The notes: generated by a model from the sequence alone, not told the origin. 64,000 nucleotides of DNA from Octopus vulgaris (GCA_951406725.2 OX597816.1:33604001-33668000), one strand, 5' to 3'. Numbered from the stretch's first letter, positions 28,746 through 45,091 are shown. Numbers and translations are program-made.

Positions 28746-29452
28746 CATGGGTAGTTGCATCAATATAGTAAAACTTAGCTGGAGGGAGCACTGCGAAATT
28801 GGGAAGTGCTTTGTTGTTTTTCCTTTTTGAGTCCAAGAAAGACAAGGTAGCAGTACTGCAACAATAATCATGCCTTCTCTGTACTTCAGAGTGTGTTTTG
28901 TTTCCGGATTTATGATACATTGACGATATATCTATATATTCCAACAAACAAGCAGAAGTGCATATATTAATTATGCCTCTGATTTTTCCATTCCGTATTT
29001 TAGACCTATTTTTCCCTCTTACACTGCGTCTCTCTCTATCGTTTATTTTTCTGTAAGTGACTGTCCGTCGCATTTCATAAAACTTTCTTCTGTCGAATAG
29101 GAGACGTGACAACAATAATCTATATTTTAAAATCCGCTAAATTCGGTGGAAACGACAAACGGTTATGTGAAATAACATTCATGTGCTATAATGTTCACAT
29201 TCCTTACTTGCAAGAAATGTTAATGACTGCGGCTTTCTCGTAAGCCTATTTCATTAATTAGTGTATTGATTAATTCAGTAACTCAAATACCACTTCGTTT
29301 TCTGCTATAGATTCATGACATAACGGTACTGATATTGTATGTATTTATATTTATAGAAGTTAGTTAGAACTATCATGAAAATAAGATCAGTTGGTAATGA
29401 TGAATACTTTCGATCAGCACCAGGAGTGATGCGAAAGCACACACTCACACAC

Positions 29453-29503
<51 letters not shown>

Positions 29504-30339
29504 CATACACACATTCAGAAACACACACATATACATATGTATATATACTCAGAGAAGTGTTATATAAGTTTGATGTGTCAATGGTTGAAGTGCGTATGAA
29601 GCAATGATAGATAGTAGGAGATTGTCAAAGAAATTAGAAATATCAGTGGATAAGCTATAAACAAGAATAAAGAGATAAGAAGCATGACTGCCGGTTTCAA
29701 CAAGAATATTGTCCATATTATTCTGGTCAATTTACCGCCAGTCATAATCGCAAGATTGCGTTGTAGATCACTACTTTAGATTGTAGGAATTATCAGCTCA
29801 GTATTCTCTGATTATATTCTCTGATGTGAACACTAAAAGATTCTTGGCTATAAAAGAGTCTCTAATTCCGGTTTAATCTGAAGCACTTTTATACAGACAC
29901 TCAAACTCGCTCTTCCTCGCGTAGGCTCCGATGAAGATGAAAATGAAAATGTACCTATATTTATTTGTGTGTGTATGTGTGTGTGTGCGTGTGTTTGTAG
30001 ATATGAGGGCATAATTGTGTAATCAAGCAGTAAAATAATCGCATGAAAATATTGGCAATATTACATAATGAACATGCAAATGCTATAGAGATAGATGCAT
30101 GTATACGGATTTGAAATGTATGTATATCAGGTATACAAATATTCACCCATAAAACTGTAGGATGCGCAGTTTAGAACTCAGGAATTTTAAACACACTACA
30201 TCTGCAATTTGAATTTTTAGCAACAACACACGCGCGCACACAAACACACACACACGTATATTTATAGCTGAAGGATAACATTTATTTCTCCTGAAATATT
30301 TAATCCGTACTGAAATATATATATATATATATATATATA

Positions 30340-30500
30340 CATACACGAGGATGGTATTTTCAGATTCCAGCTACAAAATCCACTAAGAGGGATTTGGTCA
30401 CGAAGATGTTGTAGTTGTCTTGAAGATGCCACGCAGTGGAACTGAACACAGAGCAATGTGGCTGGAAGCTAGACTCCTATTATACAGCCATGCCTACACG
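30340..30500 (-). mobile_element. Family B SINE, 5' part
   Basis: AAGATGCCACGCAGTGGAACTGAAC..ATGTGGCTGG..CAGCCATGCCTAC matches the head of 46425-46840. Confidence 0.65.
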
Positions 30501-31020
30501 TATGAAGCTAGGTCTGTGCATATTGTTCTGCTGTATTTCGAATTAATTTCTATTCTGATTTATTAAGTCTATTGATAATTAATGCAGAATGTTTGCTAAG
30601 ATGAGAAAACTACAATTTGTTGTTACATCCCCAAAGTTTAATCTCTTAGGCTGAAAGAGATTTGTCTCTCTTTGAAGAAATATCAGGCTTCAGCAACTTT
30701 ATTCACAGAATAATACTTTTCACATCCTAAAATTCCTAATTATACACAGTGATCGTAGCCTCATATTTAAGAGAACTAGCCAGACAAATTTTCATAAATA
30801 GTACATGCACACGCGGTTGAAAATTATCTATTCAGTCATCCATGCCTCCTTAAAGGATTTGAAAAATGAAGCATAGTATCTACGCAACGCTGTAAGTTCT
30901 GATTTTCTAAATAGTTTCTGCAAGTCACATAAAAAATACGCTTATGACTTTTGAAATAATATATGTTTCTGAGGAACGTGGGTGTTTATGGACAAATGTA
31001 TACATATATCATATACATAA

Positions 31021-31075
<55 letters not shown>

Positions 31076-31217
31076 CACACATATATATATATGAGTATGC
31101 ATGTGTCTGTGAATATTTATATCTACACACAAGTCTGTACAGATATACAAAAATATAAGCGCCTATGTACAAATATACACACATTCACACACATGTATAT
31201 CTATCTATCTATATCAA

Positions 31218-31301
<84 letters not shown>

Positions 31302-31353
31302 CACCAGTCTCCGTCTTTATGCCTTTTTGAATTCTCCATATATACACACACAC

Positions 31354-31448
<95 letters not shown>

Positions 31449-31499
31449 CATATATTATTTTATTCTTTTATCGGCTTAAGCTCAAAGCAGCAGACGCAT

Positions 31500-31563
<64 letters not shown>

Positions 31564-31652
31564 GCACGCATTTGCCTTAGTATAAATGCATGTATTCATG
31601 TTACAATACAAAACACACCACACATACTTACACATGAGAAAGTTTAACTTAC

Positions 31653-31776
31653 CTGTAACTGTGATACCGGCCATACGTTGGAACTGCCTGATGGCATCCT
31701 CCATGGATTTATCGGTCCTCAAATTTCCAGTTTCAGGACTTTGTGGTGTGAGGTAACCAAACTGTGAAAGATAATC
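31653..31776 (-). CDS. Internal coding exon of a matrix metalloproteinase (M10A/matrixin), N-terminal peptidoglycan-binding-like pro-domain
   Basis: Minus strand reads tttctttcttctag|GAT TAT CTT TCA CAG TTT GGT TAC...GTT ACA G|gtaagt. It is 124 nt, phase 0 to phase 1, and translates to DYLSQFGYLTPQSPETGNLRTDKSMEDAIRQFQRMAGITVT(G). This matches the MMP motif YL..FGYL...AI..FQ..AGL.VTG. Canonical polypyrimidine acceptor and GTAAGT donor. The paralogue cannot be assigned. Confidence 0.9.
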
Positions 31777-32036
31777 CTAGAAGAAAGAAATAACGAAGTT
31801 ATTACAAACCATATCACAGGCATCATTTTGAAATGTATTCGACATATATTTAACACATTTATTTCAACATATTGATTAACCAAAATATTTGATAGCATAA
31901 ACAACTGTAATAGATCCACTAAGTACAGAAAGCTGAAGTGAACAAACACAGACACAAATTTTTGGTAAACATATAATTGTATTTGCTATTGAATGGTTGC
32001 AGAGTTGTAGCAGATTCCTGAATAGAGAATGTTTAC

Positions 32037-32436
32037 TCTCTTTTTACTTGTTTCAGACATTTGACTGTGACCATGCTGGAGCACCGCTTTTATTCTTGCA
32101 AATCGACCCCAGGACGTATTCTTTGTGAGCCTAGTACTTATTCTATTTGAGTGTTTTGCCGAACCACTAAGATACGGAGACGTAAACACACCAGCATCGG
32201 TTGTCAAGCGATGTTGACGGGGACAAACATATACACACACGTACATATATATATATATATATATATATACGACGGGATTCTTTCAGTTACCATCTACCAA
32301 ATCCACTCACAAGGCTTTGGTCGGCCCGAGGTTATATAGGAGAAGACACTTGCCCAAGGTGCCACGCAGTGGGACTGAAACCGGAACCATGTGGTTGGTA
32401 AGCAAGCTACTTACCACACAGCCACTTCTGCGCCTA
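32037..32436 (-). mobile_element. Family B SINE, full length, with 31-bp target-site duplication
   Basis: Head GGCGCAGAAGTGGCTGTGTGGTAAG..GGTTTCAGTCCCAC, internal (TA)n, tail GCGGTGCTCCAGCATGG..TGAAACAAGTAAAA. Identical 31-mer at 32006-32036 and 32437-32467. Confidence 0.9.
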
Positions 32437-33677
32437 TGTAGCAGATTCCTGAATAGAGAATGTTTACATGCTTTAAAAATATAATTCTGAATGAAATTAA
32501 GAAAGCGCATAGATAACTGGTAATTTAATTACATTGTGAGATTCTTGAAGGGAAAGATAATAAAAGAATCGTATTTGTTGACGCAAAGAAAATAATGTTT
32601 CTAGTAAAAAGATAACAAATTTATATTTTGGCATATTTTGGCCAGATATTATAAGGAGTCAAAATGCATACTGAGAGGAAATCGTCCACGGTGCCTAAAA
32701 ATACCAACTTATGTGAGCAGTGCGCTTTTGATAACACTGTAACAATTTACTTTCATTTTGCCTTTGGTCAGTAAGTGTTATTTCCCATTTGCTTATTTTT
32801 TTCTCTCTCTAGTTTCAGCTCAGAGCTGCGGCCATGATGTTTTCTCAAACTTTTGTTGTGTGGCAAGCACATAACTGTTTTAAAACTGAACTATTTTCCA
32901 TTACATTCCGAATACATTTAGGGCTGAGTTGTGGAAGTAAAAATATAGTTATAACAAATATTGTGCTCAATATCACGGATTTGCCTTTCAGCTACTTGAA
33001 ATTCTCCAATTACAGCACATCCTTTAGAGACTGACGATATGTGCATCTCTGATTTTGAGCAGAAGTAGTTGGGTGGGGGACTCATAGCTATGTTGTTAGA
33101 GGGATTGTTTAAATAAATTTAAGAAAACAAAATTAGTAGGAAATATTAGACATATTTCTTACATTTAGAGGTATATAGAAAATAGACATATAACTGTTTC
33201 TATCTTCGACAGAAGAACGGCAGTTTTGAAATAATGGGCGTGCCAATAATATTGACCTCACTACTTCAAACATAAACACAGAGTACTTTATTAAAAGTGT
33301 ACTTATTAAAATGAAAAACAAAAACAGAAATAAATACACGGATAATTATTCAAAATAGAAGGTATACGAGTTTCAAGACTAAATAGCCGTTCGACAAACA
33401 TAGGTCAATAAAATGAATAACATTTTCAGTAGCTGTGGAGGAATTGAAAAGATTTGTCCAACATGGCGACAATGCGATAGGTGAAATCATTCAATGGAAT
33501 AAGATTATAAAATATGGAAACAGGCACGCTCTATAAACTCACAAACACACACGCGAATACACACACATGCGGACACGTGTGCATGGATGTGTGTTTACAT
33601 ACACCTACAAGCGTGCATATATAAATATTGGTGCGTTAATATACATATATATATGTATGCATATACATATATATACA

Positions 33678-33775
<98 letters not shown>

Positions 33776-34072
33776 TAGATATGTGTGTGCATATACATAT
33801 AAACATATATGTGCATATATATAAACATACATATACATCTATATATGCATATATATACAATTACAGATATATATATATATATATACAATTACATATATGT
33901 GTATATATAGATACATATATATATTACACGCACATATATGTATATATATTCATATACGTACATATATACATATATATATACATATATATATATACATATA
34001 TACATATATATATATATACATATACATATATAATATACACATATATACATATATATATACACATATATACAT

Positions 34073-34118
<46 letters not shown>

Positions 34119-34903
34119 TATATATATGTACATATATAGATATATATATATACATATAAATTATAAATTTATATAAATATGGATAAGATCATTATTTAAA
34201 TATAGATCTTATTGTACAAATATACAATAAACACACACACACCACACACAAACAAACACACGCAAACAATTATGTATATATATGTATATAGTCATACACA
34301 TCCCTCTTCTTTTTCTTTTTCTGTGTTGCATACACACAAACGGCAGTAGATTTGTTTCTCATATATGATTCGAATATTTTACAGTTATATCAATTTTACA
34401 CACCTAGCCTCACATACACACTTACGGACTATACATGTGCATATATTACTTCATGGAACAAATCATGGGAAGTTTTCATACACCGCTTGTCACAGTGTGA
34501 TATGCGTAGTTTTAGTAATTGAATGAAGCGAACGTGCTGACTAGGCAAGCAAGCAAATATTCCTCCTGAAAACTAATCCGTAGAAGCGTTACCCATTTAA
34601 TACTACGTGAAATGGCTTGTTTTACTCAGAAACAGAACGGGCAGCCAGTCTGGAAATCGAAACCACGCTCTCAAGGAGATGCCTGACCACTAGGCCACGT
34701 ACCGTCATATACACACACACACACACAGACACACACATATATATAATCATGACACGACCAATGTACTGTGAAATGTTACACTATTCCTCTAACACAGTTT
34801 CTATAAATTGTAAATTAGCAACACGAGTGTTGGTATTAATAGATACAACAAAACTTATTGGTCCAGGTTTTTGATTCAAAGAAATAACTTCACATACAGA
34901 CCA

Positions 34904-34955
<52 letters not shown>

Positions 34956-34985
34956 ATATATATACATATATGTATACATATATGT

Positions 34986-35080
<95 letters not shown>

Positions 35081-35092
35081 TATATGCATACA

Positions 35093-35138
<46 letters not shown>

Positions 35139-35969
35139 AATATATATATGGCAATCTGCTGGAGGCTTCCAGTAAAGATGATAAAGATATCGAATGAATG
35201 TAGTTACGGTTCAGAGATACTTCTCTATATGCTATGTTTGCCAGTTTACACACTGTTAAATTTAGAATTATAAAAGATGATCGCTCAAATATATTCTGAA
35301 GCCAAATCCGTTGGAGCAGTTGCCAGGCATGTCACGTTAGAGTAAACAGAAGATAAAACGTCTGTGTTGAAGAGGTAATGTTTCCAGTGTAAGTCTATAT
35401 ATATTGGTATGACAGCTAATGAAGCCTGAGTCTCAAATTTACACTTGCCAGAAATATACAACTAACACTTAAAACAGACCTGTAAATTTCCAAATAGCAA
35501 TTTAGATCGGCGACTTGATAATAAATACTAATACGGCTTTAAGTGCAAAACCATAGCGTAAGTGGAGAAATTCCTGCAACCAGAGACCCCAGCACAGTTT
35601 AATTCGAAGGTGAGTGTGTTTCGCAATTCGAACATTGGTTAATTTTATCGACGAAAGCCTTGATGCTAGCAAATTCCATTCAACAGCGGCTTAAATATAA
35701 CTTTTCATAACCAGATGAAACGATTTTTATATCTACATCTTTGCAAAATGTAACACTATAGAGGGGTTGTACACAATGACCTATTTAAGATATCAATAAC
35801 GTCTTTGTCTGTTACAGTCGTATTCTATTCCATGCCCGTGGAAAAACAAACAACATTCATTTCCGCAATATCTATAAATAGAAATCAAACAGAAATGTTG
35901 CTTCTGAAGATCTCAGACATCCTTGAGAATGATATCATGGCTTTTCTACAATATTTCTTTCCTTGCGAT

Positions 35970-36039
<70 letters not shown>

Positions 36040-36199
36040 CGCGTGTGTGTGTATGCGTGTGCATGCGTGTGTTTTCGGTTTTTAACTATTAAGTGTTTAT
36101 GTCCAAAGATGTTACTGAATCTAACAAGTAGAATTATCCTTTTCAACGAAGCTTTCTTAATAAGGAATTTGTTTGCAATTACATGGTCAAAGTACCAGT

Positions 36200-36335
36200 G
36201 ACAACGCAACTTATTTCTACTGCAACGTGGAATAAAGTGTCTTACACATGAACAGAAAACACAGCCCGGTCGAGGAATCGGACTCACTACTTCATGACTT
36301 TGAGTCCGACCCACTAACCAGTAATTCATGCGCAT
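36200..36335 (-). mobile_element. Decayed SINE, family D
   Basis: GAATAAAGTGTCTTACACATGAACAGAAAACAC..GGAATCGGACTC (reverse box B-like) resembles 22480-22712. Confidence 0.5.
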
Positions 36336-36340
36336 TCACC

Positions 36341-36413
<73 letters not shown>

Positions 36414-36482
36414 TACATACGAGACATATATACATATCTATATATATATGCATATATATGTATATATATACTTATATACATA

Positions 36483-36545
<63 letters not shown>

Positions 36546-37920
36546 TCACATATACATACCTTGGATATCCTTGTTGCTTATTTTGATTATATGTGTATAT
36601 ATACTTAAAATGGTACGTAAATAATCGTTTATCATTTCGTATATTTTCATTTGTTTGCCTATGTTTACATTTTGTTTTCTTGCTGAGATTTTTCTTGAGA
36701 ACACCTTCTTCGTGGTAATGGCGATTTGATGTCTAAGTTTAGCATATAGGGTGTCCACTTTAGAGGTCATTTCTCATAATTATGTACACACACATATATA
36801 TATACATATTTAAGAATTGTACTAACAAGAAAATAATACCTATGTTCAGGCACTTTATTAGCAAACGCCTTGAAATATATTTGAAACTCAGCTATTTTTA
36901 CCCAATAAGCAATAGCATGTAGAAATTCATCAATCCGAAAACGCAATGGGCAATCTTCCTAGTCTGTCTGACACGCATCACATGTATCTGCCTAAATTCG
37001 TATTAGGAATATCGCCAATGCTACATACATATAAAACTTAAATTTGTTTCACTAGATGCTCAAGTATAGCTTAAGAATAGCCAGTTATACACTGACATAA
37101 GCCTTAGGGAGTATATCCATAAATCACTGCTTCTAAGGAAATGCTTATTCACGTATATAAGTAAATAGAACGAATCGCTAACTATTTTTAGATTGCAGGA
37201 GATTATGGAAAAGAAAATAAATCGAAATTGTCTTATAGGAAAAATCTGTAAAATACATTGATTCGAGGGGAATACGTGCATGGATTTAAATCGAAGCTTT
37301 TAAGAAGATCAATAAACCCTCAAGTCTCTTCAGTAACTAGTTAAAATAAATACGTACACAGCTGCACCCTTGCCAAATTTCCTATTCGATCTATCTTGTA
37401 TATGTATTAAATTCATATAGTAGCTTTAAGGATAGAACGTAAGAGAAACAAATGTTTTATGTTTTACCTTATGGTTTTCTTTCTAATTCCTCCAAAGTTT
37501 GGTACTACTTCCTGAACTCAGGTTATTATAAGAGCCTCACTGTAGACTTAAAACATTGTAAGTATTCGTTTTTTCCTTATAAGTGTTACCTTTACATTTA
37601 ATTTGCTTTAACAAAATGATCCCTGCGTAGCCTCTTTGGGACAGGTTTTCTAGGCTATTAGTCAAAAAAACCAATTGTTACAGAAATTTGGTCGGATGAA
37701 AAGTATGTGAATACGTACAAGTGGAGCTGTTTGTCTTTCGAGATTATGGGTTATAGTCTGCCCACACTTATTATAGCTGACTGGACTACAGCAAGAGTAA
37801 ACACGGCGTCATTCCGAAGATCACAGCATACGACACCATGCAGTAAATGAAACCCACATTATAATAATGAAAATCTAAAATTACTCAGCAGAGGCCTATG
37901 CATATAACGCTCACATGCAC

Positions 37921-37985
<65 letters not shown>

Positions 37986-38332
37986 AACGCAAATACATAC
38001 ATATATACATATAAACTGTTTATGTATACGTGTACCGATGTATATATATTTGAGTGAAATAATAGTGCTTTTCTTTCCATATTTAAAGTCAGTTTGTAGA
38101 TGTCGAGGCAATGCTAATAAGCAATAGGGGAACATGTGCTTTACCCGTGCTTTTATTAAATATGTGTGCTAAAAGTATTTTTCCGAAACACACTTCTCTA
38201 CATAAGGTCAGGGCATTCATTGCTTCTTCTTCATATCTACACATACACACACACACACATCCAGACCCACACATTCATACACATATCTCAAGTATACATA
38301 AAATAAGTGACTGAGAGAGAGAGATAGAGAGT

Positions 38333-38371
<39 letters not shown>

Positions 38372-40719
38372 AGGTGTATCAGTTTGAGGCTCGGGAAAAT
38401 GTATCCACACGAATTACTCCAATCTTATCCAGATACAATATGTCGACAGCTGTCACAAAAATAAATTACAGGGGTAATTTTGATAATAATGTTTGAATAA
38501 AAAAGTTACTACAGAAGATTGTTTCTACAATTATTTAAATGTAAGTGAAAAAAATGTAATTAATTTGATGCATGAAATTTCCATTGTTTCGAGCCCTTAC
38601 CTTAATCTAAAAGAAAATTAAAAAAAGATAACACAGTCTCATTGCTTGACTGCAGTCAGTGTAGTTTTAAAGATTATGAAATTCATCTCTGCATTTGCGT
38701 TAAGTCTGTATAAAACTCTGGTTAGTGATTCATAAAGAAAATTAATTGATTTTCTTGTATAGTCAACCAAACTTTGAATATAAAATACCATTTATCCTCG
38801 AGGAAGTTTACATTTTAATTAACCTCGGCTACTAATCATTAAATTTCAAATTATCTTTTTCGGAGAACCGACTTGAGAGCAACAGTAGCGATTTTATTGT
38901 CGAGCGCATATTAAAACTTGATGTTACAACATATGCTGTTTTCAATCTGTTACTAAGTATTTATGCCTAATTATTTTCTTTATGTGAAGTTAGGGCATTC
39001 ATTAATTCTAGTTTAATTTTATGCTTATATCGATATCTTCGTGGATGAATAGCCAGTAAAAGTATTTCTGACGTCATACTTTTAAAGTTACACATTGAAT
39101 TTAAAGTAATTATTAATTATATTTTGGAAAACAAAAGCGTATGTTTAATGGACTTCATAAAATCGGAGCCAAAACTATGTTTGACATTACATAATTTACT
39201 GGTTGTTAATTTATATTTCTGAAATAAGAAAACAACCGTCAAATAACGACTGGAATGTCTTTCATTGTAAGACTGATGCATTAGGAGTGACAGAATGGTA
39301 TAATTTAAAATCAAAACAATATCTAAAAGCAAATAACAATGTGAAGTGTTTCGTTTGGACTGTTTCACAGAGATTTAAACGGTTGAGAAATTACTATAAT
39401 ACAAATGTATAAAAAATAAATAATAATCGCAGAAATATTGCAATTTCGCCGTCAGAAAATTTTATATGAGATCAAAGGATTGTGAACTAAAAGCTGAGAT
39501 AATATGACCTAAAATTCCTATGATCTTATGCAACTTTTAAGATCCATGCCAATCTCTACAGCATTCCTATAATGAATGATATTGCTGACATAAGCATTTT
39601 ATTGCCATTAATTTTCAGTTTTCTTGATATGCCTCTAATTTGGGGGAGTTTTATACCTTTCGTATCAATCAAATTCATACATAGAACATTAGTTACTCAC
39701 TAGTTTCCTTATATAATTTAGAAAAAAACTGACACGAAAGATTCTGAATTGATATAGTTGCGATAGTAAGAAAGTACTATCTACATTTGAGTCTAAACAC
39801 AGATGAAATGTCACGCTGTTTCAAGTGTTGTATTATAATGATTTAAAGTATCAGAATTATTACTTCTTAGCGAGGATAAGTACGTATGATAAGGTTTCCA
39901 TGATCTTAGAGACTAATGTCTTTTCAAAAGTGTAAAGGCTGTAACCTTTGTCGCCCGATCTTGAGAAGAGGTTGAGAATGTGGATCGATATGTGAAAATA
40001 CCAAAGCACATATTTATCTCATTGGGGGAATTGATGAGAGATTAATGAATAATCGATATATTACCATGAAAGTAGGAGTAAAACCATGATCTTCCTTCAT
40101 GCTGAATATCTTATGATTCTTCTTATTGATAACAAGATATGTTCATAGAATCGATCGAAGTAAAAACCTTTGCTAAATTCACTTCAAACAATTCTTAATC
40201 GCAATTTTCTTGGTGAATATTGCTTAATTTACGCGTCATTTAGCTTCGATATAGCAGCACTTTTTATGTGTATTGTAGATAATAGAGTTATTTTCGGGCT
40301 AAAATCGTTTCGTATCTCACCAATTAACATTAAAATATCTCTCGTGTATCTTGGCAACTCTGCAATTTAGCAATAATGTTTCATTCACTTGATGTATTTC
40401 TAGATTTATATATACATTTTATATTTTCTGTGGTCATGAAAAATACAACTCATCAATATCTTCAGAATGTCGACAAATTTCTAAGTCATTTATCGCTGTT
40501 GTCAGGTTCTACATATTTCTTCTAAATATGAAACATTCGCTCACATACAACCATACACATTGTTACGTTTGTATACTCATTTCAAATTGCCGTTAAATAT
40601 ACATGTGTTCATATATATATATGTTAGTGTGCATGTGGATGGGTGATTGTAGATATAAATCTAAATAGATATGTCTATGTGTTCATACAAATGCAAAGGC
40701 ATGTGCATATTATGTAAGC

Positions 40720-41344
<625 letters not shown>

Positions 41345-41348
<4 letters not shown>

Positions 41349-41930
41349 ACGGGAAGCTTACGAAAATAAACAAAAGACGAAGGCAGGTGGAGTACAAAAA
41401 AACAATTGTATAGTATGGCGCTCAGGAATAGGAATAAAACAAGTCTTTTACGTTTCGAGCCTACGCTCTTCAACAGAACGATACACAGAAAAGAAAGACG
41501 GAGAGAAACAAGGAGAGAACAAAATGCGTGCAGGAGCTAACGATTTAACATGGCGGTCTGATTTCGGCCAGAAGTCAGAGATCAGACGTTAGACGCAAGA
41601 GGGATAGTAGGGGAGATAACAAGGTCAAATGACCTCGCCCCAACATAATGGTGCGTGTGTGTATGAGAGAGTATGTATGTGCGTATGAAAGATCTGGACG
41701 TGTGTATGTATGTATGATGTGATGTGTAATGTCGTATGGTGTAGTATAGTGTAGTGTGGTGGGAGGTGGGGAAAGTCCATGTGGTGTGTGGGTTCGGCTG
41801 GGGGTTGGGGTAAAGTCGGAGATTGTGGGGAGAGTGAAAGTGGGAGGTGGGTTGTGGGTTATATACACATGTGGTTTTGGCTGTTCCAGCTTGTGGTAAG
41901 GAACTGGTGATTATAAGAAAACGTGTAGGA
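41345..41930 (-). mobile_element. 5'-truncated Penelope-like element (possible GIY-YIG tail plus pseudo-LTR)
   Basis: Minus strand near 41860-41895 resembles a frameshifted KLGTAKPHG.N (Penelope ORF end LGT..P.GLN; weak). It is followed by a CA-rich UTR and a hammerhead motif. Shares blocks with 1985-2190. Confidence 0.45.
41444..41481 (-). ncRNA. Minimal hammerhead-like motif, A6U variant
   Basis: Minus strand UCGUU-CUGUUGA-A-GAGC(GUAG)GCUC-GAAA-C-GUA-AAAGA. Same layout as 2087-2121. Confidence 0.5.
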
Positions 41931-42252
41931 ATATATAAGTGAAAATTTATGTATATCCTGAGTGCATATATGTAAACGAATACATCTAATTTTAAACACA
42001 CACATAAGTATATGATATATGTACAACATAGCACATATATAGTTACAATATATGATCGTGGAAGTACAAATGTAGAGAGGCTAACATACAAGCAAAACTA
42101 TATTATAACAGTCAATGTTTTACATAGATGTAAGTTGTGGCTTTTAAAATATTATGTAAAATTAGTGCAATAAGTGGTATTTGATGTAAACTGCATGAAT
42201 ATTTATTGAATTTCTACAAAGTTAAATTGAAAACATCATCCTGGTGATAAAG

Positions 42253-42309
<57 letters not shown>

Positions 42310-42384
42310 CGTGTGATTGTGTATATATGGCTCACACATATCCGACAATAATAATTTTTCTTTTAATAAGCTCAACACGTGGAA

Positions 42385-42567
42385 TTTGTGACGTATCTAG
42401 TCAAATAAATCGATGCTCGTGTTTCACTCATACTTATAATATCAACCCCGAAATGATAAAAGTCAAAGTAAAAACCTACCGAATTTGAACTCAGAATGCA
42501 AAGACGAAAGATATGCCGTAACTTAATTACATTTTCAGGCGTGCTAACCATTCTGCTAGTTTGCCGC
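42385..42567 (-). mobile_element. Family C SINE (decayed)
   Basis: ACCCCGAAATGATAAAAGTCAAAGT..ACCGAATTTGAACTCAGAA..GGCGTGCTAACCATTCTGCTAG matches 27696-27900. Confidence 0.7.
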
Positions 42568-45091
42568 ATTATATCCAACTTAGTACTGTCTTATATGATT
42601 GGCACATTGATGCTAAGAGCACCATGAATCTAGGGTTTCCATTCGAATCTATATATGATTTGCTTTGTTGTCAATATGTAAATTATAGGTATTATTTCAT
42701 TGATTTGCATAGGGGCCTACAATGCTGTTAAGATGGCCCTGATCCAACCACAATAATCGTTCATAACTATATTATATTACTCATCGAAAACGCTATCTTG
42801 AAAATTGACTAGGACGCATTTTATTAATCCCTAAGAATTTTAGTTACAGGTACATCATTAAGTGAATCTATATAAATTTAAACTGGGTTAGTAAATGAAG
42901 GAATTTCAATGAGGAAATAAATTACTGTAGCAGATGATGCCTGTAGACACAGAGTTGCAAGAACATACTTAATAACATTTTAATCTGGAGAAGTGTGACC
43001 TCATACGCTGTGACTTCAAGTGACACATATTTCTTGGCTTGTTTTCTCACTCCCCTTGCACAAAACCGTTGCTGCCAAACCAAACACTGCATTATTAATT
43101 GTGTATAGCAACATTTCCATATGTTAGCCTGACACACACACAAACATTTCAATTAGAATTTTACACACCAATTCTGGTCAGTGAAAGCTTTTCAGCCACT
43201 GAACACACCCTACATTTACTGTTTCAACTTGCTAGTATTAGCAGCCAAATCTATCTCAAATCACACCGATTTCTTAAAAGAAGCTATGATACACTAGGAT
43301 AATTTACTACTAGATTTATTATACCTGAAAGCCAAACGGGGTTGCCAAGGGTGATAGATTTTCATTATAAATCAACGTAACCTCTGACATCATGTGTTTC
43401 ACTCTTTGTCTACTCTTAGACAGCTGAGATGGTGATTTACTCCATGAATCAAGTCGTGACATTGCCTATCTGCTCATCAAATACTATCATGTTTTTTCCT
43501 GAGACATATTTCAGTTTGAGAAAAGTGTATGGAAATGTTCAATATTCTATGAATACTTGGTTTTATATCTTTCTTAACTCTATCTGAAAGTGATAAACAA
43601 CATTCTATTTTTGAAATAAAAAATTACGTGAAATTAAGAATAGCATTTTTTCAAAATATATGTTTACAGCAGCAAGGTACAATTCATAAAAATACTTGAC
43701 AAAACTTTCTTCGTTTATTGCATTCGAAAAATATAACCAGTAAATTTAAAGTAATATTATTCATGAATAAATAATATTCACATCAATATTTTTTCTCAGA
43801 AGAAAAAAGCAAAATTTACATAGGAATATATATGTAATAATTTAGTTGATACAATATATTCAGAGAATAACATTTTACAGAACATTCCTGAGGCCAGAAG
43901 ACGTCTCACAATGAAGCATCATGTTATATATTTTGCACCACAAAGGAGATTCTAATTAACTTATAAAGGAAAACAAATTCTATTGAAAGTTTCGCTTTGC
44001 ATCATGTGAGTCGGTCTCAAATTTGAAGATGGTATAAAATGACTAAAGTCCTTATGGAAATACTTACAGATGAATGAAACACAAATAAACAGAACTACAG
44101 ATATAGACGAGATAAAAGTTATATGAATGTAGCCTGAAGTATGTGGTGAATTCAAAACCGTATTTTCAATGTCAAGCAATATCATCTTTTTTTAATTTAT
44201 AGAGTGAATTCTTGACACGAATATAACACGCGTTTATAAATATTCATATACATACGCATTAACACGCGCACTTGAACATTAATATAACCGATGTCATGCA
44301 ACGCAGTGTAGAGGAATTTTTGTCTGACACGAAATAAGGCGGTATCTCAAGAGGTCACACGTGAACGCACAACAGGGAACATTGCACATACATCTATCAA
44401 CAGCACCATGACATGAATATTAGGCGACCAGTTCCCAAAACACCAACTTCTTGTCCCCTATTTTACTTTAATCTCAATTGAAAACACTATTACACCAACA
44501 CTTACACAAACTCACTTAAACACATGGTACACTACATCCCACATGCGAGTATATACTTGTTAGCCAGCTCTCTTTTAATTATTCCCAAGCAGTCGTTCTA
44601 GTACTCTCACGAAATGTATAACAGCGTAGCACTAAACTAGTTTCACACTTACCAGCACACACAGACGCACACACACATGTACACCCACACAGACATACGC
44701 ACAAACGTAGGGGCAAATGGCAGCGAATCTTCAGTCGGTGGAGTACTCAAGTGCTTACAAAATGCACCATGAAGATGCAATGTATTTATGTACGTCATTA
44801 TATACTTGGGTGACACGGATTTATTAACGAATATTATTCATAACTTTGCCTCTCATTCCCTCCCTCTCACTCTTTATATAAAGCTATATATACACATGAA
44901 TATATATATACATATATATACTCATATATTTATGTATATATATATGTATATATATATATGTGTGTATGCGTGTGTGTGTGCATATTGTGTATATATATAC
45001 CTTCTCTCATTCCTTTGTTTTATTTGTTTCAGTCATTTGACTGGGGCCGTACAGAGATACATAGATACATACATATATATATATATATATA

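Noticed and set aside
33133-33339. Candidate MMP signal-peptide exon (YLFLFLFFILISTLL..)
   Set aside because: Non-ATG start, T-rich low complexity and no convincing link to the exon at 31776.
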